Made by a program: the position numbers and the translations under genes. DNA of 64,000 nt, from positions 1,552,001-1,616,000 of the forward strand of contig NW_026974140.1 of the NCBI RefSeq assembly GCF_037042905.1. Direction: 5' to 3'. The notes beneath the pieces were generated by a model, which searched no databases, was not told where the DNA came from, and saw only the letters and a list, made by a program, of their open reading frames with translations. The stretch's first letter is position 1; every line of letters starts with the position of its first letter. This document shows, piece by piece, positions 25,982-39,092 of this stretch. This stretch comes from Lytechinus pictus (Eukaryota).

Positions 25982-26900
25982 TTACACTTTGTATCCAGAC
26001 TTGAAACTTCGCTCTTTTGCATTTTTGTCAGCGTGAGCTTTCATTTTTCCCTGCGACTCTTTCAAGTGTTCCTTAGCCACATCACAAGCTTTTGAGAGCC
26101 TTTCTCTAAACTTTGACACATAGTTTAGAAGGTTTACATCATCATCCTGAACCATAAATCTCTCTTTGATAAGCTTTAGGGGACCCCTAACCTCATGACC
26201 ATAGACCAATTCAAATGGACTGAAACCTGTGGATTCATTAGGGGAATCCCTAGTTGCAAACAGTAGGAATGAGATCCCTTTATCCCAGTCATCGGGATAG
26301 TCTTCACAATAAGTCCTAATCATGGTCTTCAAGGTCTGATGATATCATTCTAACGCTCCTTGGGACTGTGGGTGATAAGCAGAGGACTTGATCTGCTTTA
26401 TTCCCAACTCCATAACTTGCTGAAATATTCCTGACATGAAATTTGACCCTTGGTCAGACTGAATTTCCTTAGGCAGACCATACCGAGTGAAAAACTGCAC
26501 TAACGCCTTAACCACTGTCTTTGCAGTGATACTCCTCAAGGGTATCGCCTCTGGAAAACGTGTAGACAAGTCCATAATCGTCAGGAGAAATCTGTGACCC
26601 GACCTCGTTCTGGGTAAGGGTCCAACACAATCAACAAGAACCCTAGTAAAAGGTTCATCAAATGCAGGAATGGGTATCAATGGAGCAGGCTTGATAGAAG
26701 GCTGTGCCTTACCAATAATCTGACATGTGTGACATGTCTTACAGAAATGCACAACATCTTTGTGCATCTTAGGCCAATAGAAATGCCTCATAATTCTATC
26801 TTAGAACTGTCTTCCGAATACCGACATGACCTGCCATAGGTAACTCATTAGCCATTTTCAGAATCTCTGTGCGGTAACAGGGAGGAACTACAACCTGGTG
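25982..26900 (-). pseudogene. Gypsy integrase, frameshifted
   Basis: FYWP..CHTCQ, VDCVGPLP, IQSDQGSNF, SSAYHPQSQGALE, STGFSPFELVYG; split over several frames. Confidence 0.9.
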
Positions 26901-27014
26901 AATTATACACCAATCTTCATCAGCTGGTCTCCGGGGAGGTCTCCACTTCCTCATCAAAATGTCATTTTTGACATAAAAGCACTCAGGAACCTTATCAGCC
27001 TCAGAACATGCTTT

Positions 27015-28943
27015 CTATGACAAGCTTTTTAATTCTGGGTCTGCCTGTTGTGCCTGTACAAGGGAGGATTTACTCAACAAACTATCATTGTTAGCAACAG
27101 AGCCTTCAACACTATCCCCATTCAAATCCTTGAAAAAAGTTTCAGCTAACCAGACATCAGTACTGTCCTCTACATCAGCAGATTCCGCGTCATCCTTTTC
27201 AGCTCTACGAGTCTGAGACCTAGTAACAACACAATCCGGGAAAATCCCTGGAAAATCTTCCTGCAACAATTCAGTTTCAGCTACCTCAACGGGCTTCTCC
27301 GAAACCACTGGAGATGCAACAACTCTATCTCCAGCCAAGTCGTTACCTAACAAGAAATCAACACCTTCCATGGGTAATTCTGGAACGACACCTACAGTCA
27401 CAGGACCACTAACTAGGTCACACTTTAAGTCGACCTTACATGTATGCAAAGGAACCGACATGAAATTTGGGCCAATACCTTGAATTAAGACTTTGGCATT
27501 CTCTGAACTCTCCGGAGGAAGAGCCAAATCCCCTGGCACCATCAGGGACTGTGCAGCCCCTGTATCCCTAAGGATCACCACTGACCTACCAGCAGCACCA
27601 GTCGAACAAGGGGATACCTCACCATCATACAAAAAGCTTCTAAAGGTTTCCTCAACCTGCTTGACTTTATCAGCAAATACCAGAGAAACACTCTCAACAT
27701 CTCGAATGGGCTCTGATGGAACAAACTCCATCGAGGGAACACTTGTTTGCTTGACAAAACCCATGTCTTTTTTAATTTTGGTTGGCATTCCAACCAATTT
27801 CCAACATGATTTTTTCAAATGTCCCGATTTATGACAATGAGTACAAATTTTGGAACTACGACTCTCAGACCTTTTGGTTGATTCTGTGCCCCCACTAGCC
27901 TGATTCTTGTTAGTGTCTTTGTCCTTGCTAGCATATTTTCCCTCACCAGGTTTATTGTGGGATTCAAATGACCCTTTACCTTTCTTTTTCCAATAATTCT
28001 TGAAAGGAGGCCTATCTCCACTACCCTTATGTGTGACCTCAAATTCATCAGCTACTATGGCTGCTTTACTGACTTCAGTAACTCTATGGTCATCTAAGTG
28101 AGATTTAATGCCAAAAGGAAGACTCTTTTTGAATTCTTCTAGGAGGACAACTTCCCTAAGGTGAACAAAATCTTTGTCAACTTTCAGTGATCTATACCAC
28201 TTATCGAACATAATTTCTTGTTCCCTAGCAAATTCAACATACGTCTGGCCTGATTGTCTTTGCATGTTCCTAAATTTATGTCTGTACGCTTCTGGTACCA
28301 ACTCATATGCATTGAGAATTGTTTCTTTCGCTGTAGCATAGTCACATGATTGCATTTCAGAGAGCGAAGAATAGACTTTTGCAGCCTTTCCAACAAAAAC
28401 GCTTTGGAAAAGAGTCCAGTATTCATCAGGCCAATTCAGTCTCTTGGCCACTTTTTCAAATGACACAAAATATGTATCAACTCCCTCTTCATCAAATTTT
28501 GGCACAAGGCGAATGTTTTTCGCCACATCAAAGCCTTGGGGAGATTTATCTTTAGCGGAGTTAGTATTAGTATTTGCATGAGCTAACTCCATTTCTTTCA
28601 ACTTTAACTGGTACTCCAATCTCATTTTCTCCATTTCTATTTCCTTTTTAAGGCTTTCTTTGATTTTCTCTTTCTCAACATTATCTTTCATTTTCATTTC
28701 CATTTCAAACTTTGCCAGTTGAATCTGAGCATCATCTGAAATGATAACAGAAGTTTCAGACTCCTCTGTAAGCTTCATGTGACTAGCTAACAAGTCAATT
28801 ATCTCTGCCTTCTTTAAACTTGTGGCTAGAGATACACCCAAATGATCACAAACTGTTATCAAATCATCTTTCTTCAGTGACTTCAAATGATCATATGACA
28901 ATTCTGTCATTGCAAGAAATTCTTCAACATCAAATGTAGCCAT
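27015..28943 (-). pseudogene. Gypsy gag (capsid/SCAN-like + CCHC knuckle) and aspartic protease
   Basis: VPKFDE..YFVSFEK, AYELVPEAYRHKFR, CTHCHKSGHLKKSC, LRDTGA, LLGNDLAG. Confidence 0.9.
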
Positions 28944-29053
28944 AGTGGAATATACAGAAATACAAGCAAGTAATTACACAGTACAGTATATTCTAGAACT
29001 TGAAAAACTGGTTTTAGTTTCAGATTGGCTTGTTGTACAAATTTGGTTTTCGT

Positions 29054-29071
29054 TTCCCGGACAAGCCCCCA
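29054..29071 (-). promoter_or_regulatory. Primer binding site complementary to tRNA-Pro
   Basis: Minus strand TGGGGGCTTGTCCGGGAA vs canonical TGGGGGCTCGTCCGGGAT, 8 nt from the LTR. Confidence 0.85.
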
Positions 29072-29079
29072 AAATTATT

Positions 29080-30015
29080 TGTTACAATACTGCAACAAAA
29101 TATCAAGTAAAATAATTTGAAATTTAGATTTGATTTCCTCTTTTTTTTATTACAGGAAATATAACACTCAAAAACTAATAAAACATAAATAAATATATAT
29201 TGGTCTTACATGTACATCTATTGAAGTGCTAGAGGGAAAATTCCGGAGTGATGATACTATATCCAAGTAATAATCCAAGTTGGTTGGATAAATGAAAGTT
29301 CACAATGTTGGCGATGATGAAACTGATGTTGAAGCGCAATGAATAACAAGAGTCACTGTGAAGAGTTGAAATGTCCGTGAAGACGATGTTGATGATGATT
29401 AACAGTCAATTTCGGCAATCCATGGGTTGAAAAGCGTTCATTAAACAGGTTGATGATGTTGATGATCTCGATGAGAACTGAGAATTCCTCTCTCAAAATA
29501 ACTGCAAACAGTTCATTGATGGTGTGCAAATAATTCCACAGAAGATAAATATTCCAGGTGGAAATAAACTCTGCTCTGACATTAAGTCTGGCATGAAACT
29601 CTGAGTTCTGATCTGATATGATGAAGTGGTCTGATATGATGAAGTGATCTAATATGATGATGTTCTTGAAGAAACTACAGCTTATATACAAATTACAACT
29701 ATTCTAGAGACTTCTAGTATTCACTATTATAGAAGGTTCTAGTATTGTTTTCAAAAAAACATTCTCCTTTCAGGAGCAGTCAAATTCCAGAAGACTCTTG
29801 AATGACCTCATTGAAATCAACAGTGTCAACAAAATAGCTAAGCCTATTGTTCATCTCCACTACCAATACATGTCTATTGTAAAGTAATCTCTATTCAGAA
29901 ATAACAAAGAGTATTCAAAGATTAGTGTCCAACAAAGCTGTAGTGGAACATTCTTGATCATTCTATGCTAAATAAATGAATGTAATTGCTCTTACAATTC
30001 TTCTTATATATAACA
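29080..30015 (-). repeat. 5' LTR (936 bp)
   Basis: TGTTAC...ATAACA; direct repeat of 22795-24053; adjacent to the PBS. Confidence 0.9.
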
Positions 30016-30237
30016 GTATCCCTAATTGTGATGTTCCTTTGACTCAAATTTGCAGCTAATAATACAGAGAATAATTCAAATAATGACTAATACAATACAG
30101 TTCACTATGATGAGCAGTAAAAATGACATTTGGTTGCGACCAGTGCAAGCAAAATAATACCCTATATTATTTTAAAATGATCAGATAATTACGGTCTACA
30201 TGTACTTTCAAGCAGGTGATGACTGGGTTGGTATTAA

Positions 30238-30846
30238 AGGACAAGTCCACCCCAGCAAAAAGTTGATTTAGATAAAAAGAGGAAAATCCCACAAGCAAAA
30301 CACTGAAAATTTTATCAAAATCGGATGTAAAATAAGAAAGTCATGACATTTTTAAGTTTCGCTTAATTTCACAAAATAGTAATGCACATCCAGGTCGGTA
30401 TGCAAATGAGGGAACTGATGACATCACTCAATCACATTTCTTTTGTATTTTATTATGTGAAATATGCAATATTCTTATTTTCTCCTCATTGTCCTGTGAA
30501 ACAAAGTTGTATTTCTCCCTGAACATGTGAAATAACCATGATCGTTTAACATTTTATGGTTCAGTCAAGTTGGTCCTTATTGTCAAATCTGTAAAAATTT
30601 AAATATTGTATAACTCAAAGAATAAAAAACAAAAGAAATAGTGATTGAGGGACATCATCAATTATATCTTTTGCATGTGATTAAATTGTGCATACTTGTA
30701 GCTATTTTGTGAATAATAAGCAAACTTTAAAATGTCATAACTTTCTTCATATTTTACATCCGAATTTGATGAAATTTTCAGTATCACGCTTGTCTGATTT
30801 TTCTCTATTGATTTAAATCAACATTTTTCTGAGATGGACTTGTCCT
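30238..30846. mobile_element. Kolobok-like MITE
   Basis: TTAA TSD (30234-30237, 30847-30850); TIR AGGACAAGTCCA / TGGACTTGTCCT. Confidence 0.8.
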
Positions 30847-31458
30847 TTAAAGCACAGTTGCAGTGATCTGAATGTACATAATATAATACATGTACATGGG
30901 GCTCATTACACAGCTAGGTTTGTAGATTGTAGCCAATCACTAATAGGAAAATTACCGGTTAGAACATTCATTCTTTGTTCATTTTCATCAAAACACAGGC
31001 CAGAAACTAATCAAAAGTACTTCTGTCATATTTGTTTATCAATCATAAACATTTGTGTTTAATACACAGCTTGATACGGTCAGTCGGTGGCTTGTTCAAG
31101 CATTGGCTGGCTGTTGTTGCAGTGTGTTGAAAAGCATGTTGTGAATTTGATTGACATGTGTTCATTGATAAGATTATTGATAATTCGTTTATGGAAAGGA
31201 CAAGTCCATCCCTTAAATAATTTGATTTGTGTTATTCAGTAATATGCAAGTTTTCTTATCCCTCAATTTCTAAATTTGGATATACCTTTTTTATACTGTA
31301 TACCTGTAGGTAGTAGATGATCTGATCAGTTTGTTTGATAGACCTACTTGAAAATCACTGTTTTCAAAAGAAACAAATGACTCCTCTTTCCATGCATATA
31401 TTGGTGGGACAATAACCTGAGAAGATGTTTATTAAATTTCTGTTGTTTCTTTTTTCAG

Positions 31459-31615
31459 AAATGCATATCCGCAGTCAGCTCTCTGTGTATTTAGTTTGAT
31501 GGAGATAGATGGTAACTTTACAAGTGGTAATTTCTTTGGGTCTGATGGTGATGTAACAAATGATTTATGGAGGGCTAATGATGGATCTACGGTTTCACCA
31601 AGACATGGAGCAGAT
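31459..31615 (+). CDS. Semaphorin-like gene, exon d
   Basis: tttcag|...|gtaagt; SALCVFSLMEIDGNF...W...VSPRHGAD matches SAVCxFxMxDI..F..W..PxPRPG. Confidence 0.9.
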
Positions 31616-32350
31616 GTAAGTAATCCATTTAAAGGAAAGTAGGTTTTTAGAAGGAAAAAAAAAGCACTTGAAGAAATAGCATTCAATTATAATAAAGTGT
31701 CAGAAATATGAGACAAATGTTTGCAGTAGGAGTATGATTTATTATGATGCTAGATTCAAAAGGTAAATGGTGTGTAAAGGAACACTTACCTCCCACCCCC
31801 ATATTAGGCCAATTGGACTAGGGATGAGTCATAGCAACTGATCGATGCCGTTGGTCACCATTGCAATTTATTCAAGTCTGCTTGACTGCTCAAATTGCAC
31901 ATTAATAAGCTGAAATCTGACAGATAGCTGTTAAAATGAAAATAAAACACCCTCAAACTTGAATAAATGTTTCATTTTCATGTTATTGTTGTTTTTCATT
32001 ATTGTTTAATCTATTGTTTTTTATGATATATCATTCATTTTCATTTTCCCTCCAGTTACATGTATGCAAATCATGCTATGATTCCTAACCTTATTGAAGA
32101 CATAGATTTACCATCATCCTAACTTTAATTAATTGATATGTATTACCATAAACCCCTTGGTAATCAAATCTAGGTAAACATGAAAATTGGAAATGTCATA
32201 GTTTTCCCATGATAAAAAAAATGCAAGTGAAATGGTGGTTATCGACATTTCTGTTTCCATTATACTACTGTGTTGTGCATGTCACTATTTTGTGAAACTA
32301 ATCATGTCTTTTAATATTCCTTACCTTTCTTTTTTTTACATGTACATCCA

Positions 32351-34812
32351 TTTTTTGTCTCACCTGCAACGCAGTGTGAGACTATAGGCGCGGCTTTTCC
32401 GACGGCGGTGGCGTCAACACCAAATCTTAACTGAAGGTTAAGTTTTTGAAATGACAGCATAACTTAGAAAGTATATGGACCTAGTTCATGAAACTTGGCC
32501 ATAAGGTTAATCAAGTATTACTAAATATCCTGCCTGAGTTTTCAGGTCACATGACCAAGGTCAATGGTCATTTGGGGTCAATGAACTTAGACCATGTTGG
32601 GGGAATCGACATCAAAATCTTAACCTAAGGTTAAGTTTTTGAAATGTCATCATAACTTGAAAAATATATGGACCTAGTTCATGAAACTTGGACATAAGGT
32701 TAATCAAGTATCACTAAACATCCTGCGTGAGTTTCATGTCACATGACCAAATTCAAAGGTCATTAAGGGTCAATGAACTTTGGCCGAATTGGGGGTATCT
32801 GTTGAATTCCCATCAGACCTTTGAAAGTTTATGGATCTGATTCATGAAACTTGGACAAAATAGTGATCAAGTATCACTGAACATTTTGTACAAGTTTCAG
32901 GTCACATGATTAAGGTCAAAGGTCATTTAGGGTTAATGAACTTTGGCCGAATAGGGAGTATCTGTTGAATTACCATCATAACTTTGAAAGTTTATTGGTC
33001 TAGTTCGTTAAACTTGGACATACATGTAAGAGTAAGCAAGTATCACTGAACAGCCTGTGCGCATTTCAGGTCACATGACTAAGGTCAAAGGTCATTGAAC
33101 TTTGACCGAATCGGGTGTATCTGTTGAATTACCATCATAACTTTGAAAGTTTATGGATCTGATACATGAAACTTGGACATAAGAGTAATTTAAGTATCAC
33201 TGAACATCCTGTGCAAGTTTCAGGTCACATGGTCATGTAAGGTCAACGAACTTTGGCCATGTTGGGGTTTTTGTCTCGCCTGCGTAGCAGAGCGAGACAT
33301 AGGTATCACTATTTCTGGCATTGGCGTCGGTGTCGGCGTCGTCGTCGTCAACAATTGTGTTGTACACCCAATAACTTTCTGTAGCTTCGAGGTGGGATCA
33401 CCAAATTCATACCAGAGGTCCATCTCCTGAAGGCATAGGTCAAGTTTGAATATGAGTCGAATGTGAATAAGCTCTAAGGTCAAAGGTCAATGAACTTTCC
33501 ATGACTGGAACAATTGTGTTGTACACCCAATAACTTTCTATAGCTTCGAGATGGGATCACCAAATTCATACCAGAGGTCCATCTCCTGAAGGCATAGGTC
33601 AAGTTCAAATATGAGTTGAATTTGATTAAGGTCAAAGGTCAATGAACTTTCCATGACTGGCACTCTGCTATGTTGTACACATAATAACTTTTTATATCTT
33701 CGAGGTGGGATCACCAAATTCATACCAGAGGTCCATCTCCTGAAGGCACAGGTCAAATTCGAATATGAGTCGAATTTGAATAAGGTCAAAGGTCAATGAA
33801 CTTTCCATGACTGGCACTGTGCTGTGTTTTACACCCAATAACTTTCTATATCTTCGAGGTAGGATTGTCAAATTCATACAAGAGGTCCATCTTTTGAAGG
33901 TGCAGGTCAAGGTTGAATGTGAGTTGAATTTGATTAAGGTCAAAGGTCAATGAACTTTCCATGACTGGCACTGAGCACTGTTCTACACATACTAACTTTT
34001 TATATCTTCAAGGTAGGATTGCCAAATTCATACAAGAGGTCCATCTCTTGAAGGTGCAGGCAAGTTCAAATGTGAGCCGAATTTGAATAAGGTCAAAGGT
34101 CAATGAACTTTCCATGACTGGCACTGTGCTGTGCTGTACACACAATAACTTCCTATATCTTTGAGGTAGGGTTGTCAAATTCAAACAAGAGGTCCATCTT
34201 TTGAAGGTGCAGGTCAAGTTCGAATGTGAGTTGAATTTGATTAAGGTCAAAGGTCAATGAACTTTCCATGACTGGCACTGAGCTCTGTTCTACACATACT
34301 AACTCTTTATATCTTCGAGGTAGGATTGCCAAATTCATACAAGAGGTCCATCTCTTGAAGGTGCAGGTCAAGTTCGAATGTGAGTTGAATTTGAATAAGG
34401 TCAAAGGTCAATGAACTTTCCATGACTGGCACTGTGCTGTGTTGTACACACAATAAATTTCTATAGCTTCGAAACAGGTATTAAAGATATCTGACTGGTA
34501 CTGTATGTTCGGATGCTTTTTGTATCTGTTTGTTCCTCTAATGGCATGACCTTATCTGTTTTTTCTACTAATGACATGACCTATAGTTTTGACATGCAAT
34601 ATGCAGGCGAGACAACGCTTGGCGTTTGCCTTGTTTGTTGAATAATAATCATATCTCTGTAAGTTTATCGGTCTAGTTCATAAAACGTGGACATAAGAGT
34701 AACCAAGTATCACTGAACATCTTGTGCGAGTTGTAGTAGTTTTCAAAGTCAGCACTGCTGCTATATTGAATCGGGTGATGCAGGTGAGACGGCCAGAGGC
34801 ATTCCACTTGTT
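32351..34812 (+). mobile_element. HINE family A copy interrupted by a family B element
   Basis: Same termini and core repeat as 16375-18305; sequence resumes at ~34637 after the insert. Confidence 0.8.
33268..34635 (+). mobile_element. HINE family B element with about seven 154-bp tandem units
   Basis: Subterminal IR GTCTCGCCTGC / GCAGGCGAGAC, (GTC/GGC)n tract, 154-bp periodicity, inserted in a T run without TSD. Confidence 0.8.
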
Positions 34813-35406
34813 TAAAAGAATTTTTCAAGGTGATATTTAATTTTTCTGAATTCATTCAAATATTTTTCTAGTTTGGTTGAACCTAGCTTATAATTGAAAT
34901 GAATTTTGATTAACCATTTTGTAAAGACCATTTTTTGTATCTCCTGAGATCTTTTGAGACAGAATTAAGGCTTCCTTTCAAAAGATTACAACAGTTTTCA
35001 TTTGAATATATATGAATATGTGTTTATTTTAATACAGTTTGCTAAACACAAAATAAAAGAATACGTATACCCATGGATAAACCTTCACAATCATAATGGG
35101 ATCAAGGTAGCCCTGAGATTTTTCATGATGAATTCATAACTTCAAATAGTTGTGTTCGATCTTTTATTACTTTTTGCTCTTTAGCATCACACTACTGTTA
35201 TGAGAAATTTGTGATGTACAGGTTCACATTCCAGAAAATAGTAATTTTTGTCTCGCCTGCATAGTAGATCGAGACTATGGGCGCTGCTTTTCTGACAGAG
35301 GCAGCCGCATCATCAACCTAAACTCTTAACCTATGATTTTTTAAATGACATCATGACTTAAAAAGTATATGGAATATACCGGTAGTTCATGAAACTTGGA
35401 CATAAG

Positions 35407-36749
35407 TAACGTTGCAAAATTCCCGGGAATTTTCGCGGTGGAAACTTTCCATGGGAATAAACAGGAATTTATTGGGAATTTTCGGCAATTTTCGGCAATT
35501 TTCAAGAAATGTTGGGAATTTTCAAAAAGTAGCAATTTTCTGATACAGGAATTGAAAGGATTAACCTGGCAGATTATGCTTAATTATGCTTTGTCAGCAA
35601 GTTTCAAGCCAAATATTATGCTAAGACAGTCAGACAAGGCAGAATTTCAATGAATTTCATGTACACTGTAAAAGTTGATTTACTGTATTAGTGGCTGAAT
35701 GGTATGTGCGATGGCAGTACATGTACACTGCGAATGCTTTACACAAGGAATGATGCCTATTGGATATTATGATCTTTTTACAGATCTGATGAAAATATTA
35801 ATAATTATTATAACATTATTGTTGTTATTAGCATTACCATGATCACTATTTTATTATCATTCCTTTATTTCTGCATAGCAGAAGTGAGAACTTGGTGCTG
35901 TTTGCAGTGTTAATTTAATATTTTTCATTCCAGGACCTGATTTTTCCCATTTAAAGGACAAGTCCACCCCAACAAAAAGTTGATTTGAATAAGAAGAGAA
36001 AATTCAACAAGAATAACACTGAAAATTTCATCAAAATAGGATGTAAAATAAGAAAATTTTGACATTTTAAATTTTCGCTTAATTTCACAAAACAGTTATA
36101 TGCACATCCTGGCTGGTATGCAAATGAGGAGACTATGATGTCATCCACTCACTATTTCTTTTGTATTTTATTATATGAAATATTCTAATTTTCTCCTCAT
36201 TGTCAAGTGGTACAACGATTAATTCCTCCCTGAACATGTGAAATTAGCATTGTTTAATACTATATGGTTCAGTCAAGTTGGACCTTATTGTCAAATCTAT
36301 AAAAAATGAAATATTTTATAATTCAAACAATAAAAAACAAAAGAAATAGTGAGTGATGGACATCATCGACTGAGTCACCTAGTTGTGCGTATCACTGTTT
36401 TGTGAAAAATAAGCGAAACTTAAAAATGAAAAATAGTGTAATGTAAAGTGTTACTTTTTTCATGTTGAAGCTTCATTTGTACATACACGTAATGCTACAT
36501 CATGTATACATAATACATGTACCGGTATCGTACTATGTACAGTTTGATGAATGTTTTATACCCAGGGCAATTTAAAGAATGAAGAATAGTTTAAATACAA
36601 ATGGAAAGAATAATATTTGAGGATATCAATGAATAATTTTGTATTTAAAAACAGAATTAATCACTTTTTGTGAAAAAATGATAATTCCCGAAACTTTCCA
36701 TGGAAATTTGTCAAAATTTCTGGAAAGTTTCCAGCCCTTTGCAACCCTA
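35407..36749. mobile_element. hAT-like non-autonomous element, 8-bp TSD
   Basis: Ends TAACGTTGCAAA / TTTGCAACCCTA; TSD GACATAAG (35399-35406) / GACACAAG (36750-36757); GGAAACTTTCC subterminal motifs. Confidence 0.72.
35955..36430. mobile_element. Truncated copy of the Kolobok-like MITE
   Basis: TTAA then AGGACAAGTCCACCCC, colinear with 30238-30730; right end missing. Confidence 0.75.
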
Positions 36750-37214
36750 GACACAAGGTCAATCAGTTATTTCTGAATATCCTGCCTGAGTTTCAGGTCA
36801 CATGACCAAGGTCAAGGGTCATTTAGGGTCAATGAACTTTGGGCATTTTAGGGGTATTTGTTGAATTTCCATCGTAACTATGAATGTTTGTGGATCTAGT
36901 TCATTACACTTAGACGTAAGAGTAATCAGGTATCACTTAACATCCTGTGCAAGTTTCAGGTTACGTGATCAAGTTCAAATGCCATTTAGGGTCAATGAAC
37001 TTTGGTCCTATTGGGGGTATTTGTTGATTTAATATTATAACTTTGAAAGTTTATGGATGTAGTTAATGAAATGTAGACATAGGGGTAATCCAGTATCAGT
37101 GCTCATCTTGCACAAGTTGTAAGTCACTTGATCAAGGACAAATGTCATTTAGGGTCAATTAACGTAGTAGTATATTATATGATTGGTGTTTTTGTGAATA
37201 ATTATTTTATAGTC

Positions 37215-38170
37215 TTTTTGTCTCACCTGCATAGCAGAGTGAGACTATAGGCGCCGCTTTTCCGACGGCGGTGGCGGCGGCGGCGGCGGCGTCAACACCA
37301 AATCTTAACCTGAGGTTAAGTTTTTGAAATGACAGCATAACTTAGAAAGTATATGGACCTAGTTCATGAAACTTGGCCATAAGGTTAATCAAGTATTACT
37401 GAACATACTGCCTGAGTTTCATGTCACATGACTAAGGTCAAAGGTAATTTAGGGTCAATGAACTTAGACCATGTTGGGGGAATCAACATCAAAATCTTAA
37501 CCTACATGTAAGGTTAAGTTTTTGAAATGTCATCATAACTTAGAAAATATATGGACCTAGTTCATGAAACTTATACATAAGATTAATCAAGTATCACTGA
37601 ACATCCTGCATGAGTTTCACGTCACATGACCAAGGTCAAAGGTCATTTAGGGTCAATGAACTTTGACCGAATTGGGGGTATCTGTAGAAATACCATCATA
37701 ACTTTAAAAGTTTATGGATCTGATTCATGAAACTTGGACATAATAGTAATCAAGTATTACTGAACATCCTGTGCAAGTTTCAGGTCACATAATCAAGGTC
37801 AAAGGTCAATGAACTTTGGTCAAATTGGGGTATTTGTTGAATTACCGTCATAACTTAGAAAATATATGGACCTAGTTCATGAAACTTATACATAAGGTTA
37901 ATCAAGTATCACTGAACATCCTGCATGAGTTTCACGTCACATGGCCAAGGTCAAAGGTCATTTAGGGTCAATGAACTTTGGCCGAATTGGGGGTATCTGT
38001 AGAATTACCATCATAAAAAAGTTTATGGATCTAGTTTATAAAACGTGGAAATAAGAGTAACAAAGTATCACTGAATATCTTGTGCGAGTTATAGTAGTTT
38101 TCAAAATCAGCACTGCTGCTATATTGAATCGCGTGATGCAGGTGAGACGGCCAGAGGCATTCCACTTGTT
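37215..38170 (+). mobile_element. HINE family A copy nested in the 3' end of another HINE
   Basis: Complete termini, highly similar to 51724-52675. Confidence 0.82.
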
Positions 38171-38938
38171 TAAAAGTCAGCACTGCTGTTATATTGAATC
38201 GTGTAATGCAGGCGAGACTGCCAGCGGCGCTCCACTTGTTTCTTAAATGCATGTCAGACCCTGCATTGCTAAAAACACCATTTCAAATTCATGTACAAAT
38301 CCAATAAAGATATATGTACACATTATTTTGATTTCTATGGATTAAAGTCCAGGTCCAGGTCGGGGAGGAAAGCCTGCGGCTACAGTAATTTATTTAACTT
38401 TTTCCTTTTCCAGGCAACCTGGACTTGTTCTGTAAACATCCCTTCTCACTTTGTAATTGTATATTCTCTTGTAAATTGATTGTAAACTGTTTTTGTTGAA
38501 ATGCCGAATAAAATAATAATAATAGTAAATAAGATTAATTCTATGTTGTCAAAAATTATATGCCCAATTTAGAAACATCAAACACTTTGATATATTTTGA
38601 TAAAAATTCTACAGAGTTATTTTGTAGATAGCACAAACTAACAGAAGAGCTTTGTTTTAACAGTTGATTACAGCAGTATCATGTCAATACATGTACATGT
38701 ATTGGCATGATTCATAATTCAGATAATCTTACTTTCAGTTCTGAAGATTATGCATTGGTTTGGGTAGCATACACACCAATTTTACCTGAAATCACACAGT
38801 CAACAGCTGGGGTCTTGGTAGGGGGGTGGGTTTAGTCTTATAGTATTTTGTTGAGATCATTTATATGCTCTCATTAACTGTTCAATCTTTCAATCTATTA
38901 TTAACCATCTTTTATTACCTTTTTTCATCCGTCAATAG

Positions 38939-39092
38939 TGCTCCAATCCAAACATCGCCGCAAACAACTTTTTACGTGACTACAACCTTATGGCAGACCC
39001 TGCAGTTCAGATATATGATCCTCCACTTACCATGGTTGGTGATCGATTCTCTAATCTTGAAATGACAGATGAGTCATTCATTATTTCATCAG
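38939..39092 (+). CDS. Semaphorin-like gene, exon e
   Basis: caatag|...|gtactg; CSNPNIAANNFLRDYNLMADPAV...DRFSNLEM..FIISS resembles C..LNF.K.HPLM..V..RFT.I..FIGT. Confidence 0.85.

Larger units (their letters stand above)
22795..30015 (-). mobile_element. Gypsy LTR retrotransposon, Gmr1-like (gag-PR-IN-RT-RH), decayed
   Basis: TG..CA LTRs at 22795-24053 and 29080-30015; flanks GTAC/GTAT; tRNA-Pro PBS; polypurine tract GGGGGAGG (24054-24061, minus strand). Confidence 0.92.
35245..38240 (+). mobile_element. Older HINE family A-related copy carrying nested insertions
   Basis: Start TTTTTGTCTCGCCTGCATAG, end GCAGGCGAGAC..CCACTTGTT; broken by 35407-36749 and 37215-38170. Confidence 0.75.

Noticed and set aside
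33220..34404. Family of repeated ~83-aa minus-strand ORFs
   Set aside because: Artefact of the 154-bp HINE tandem units
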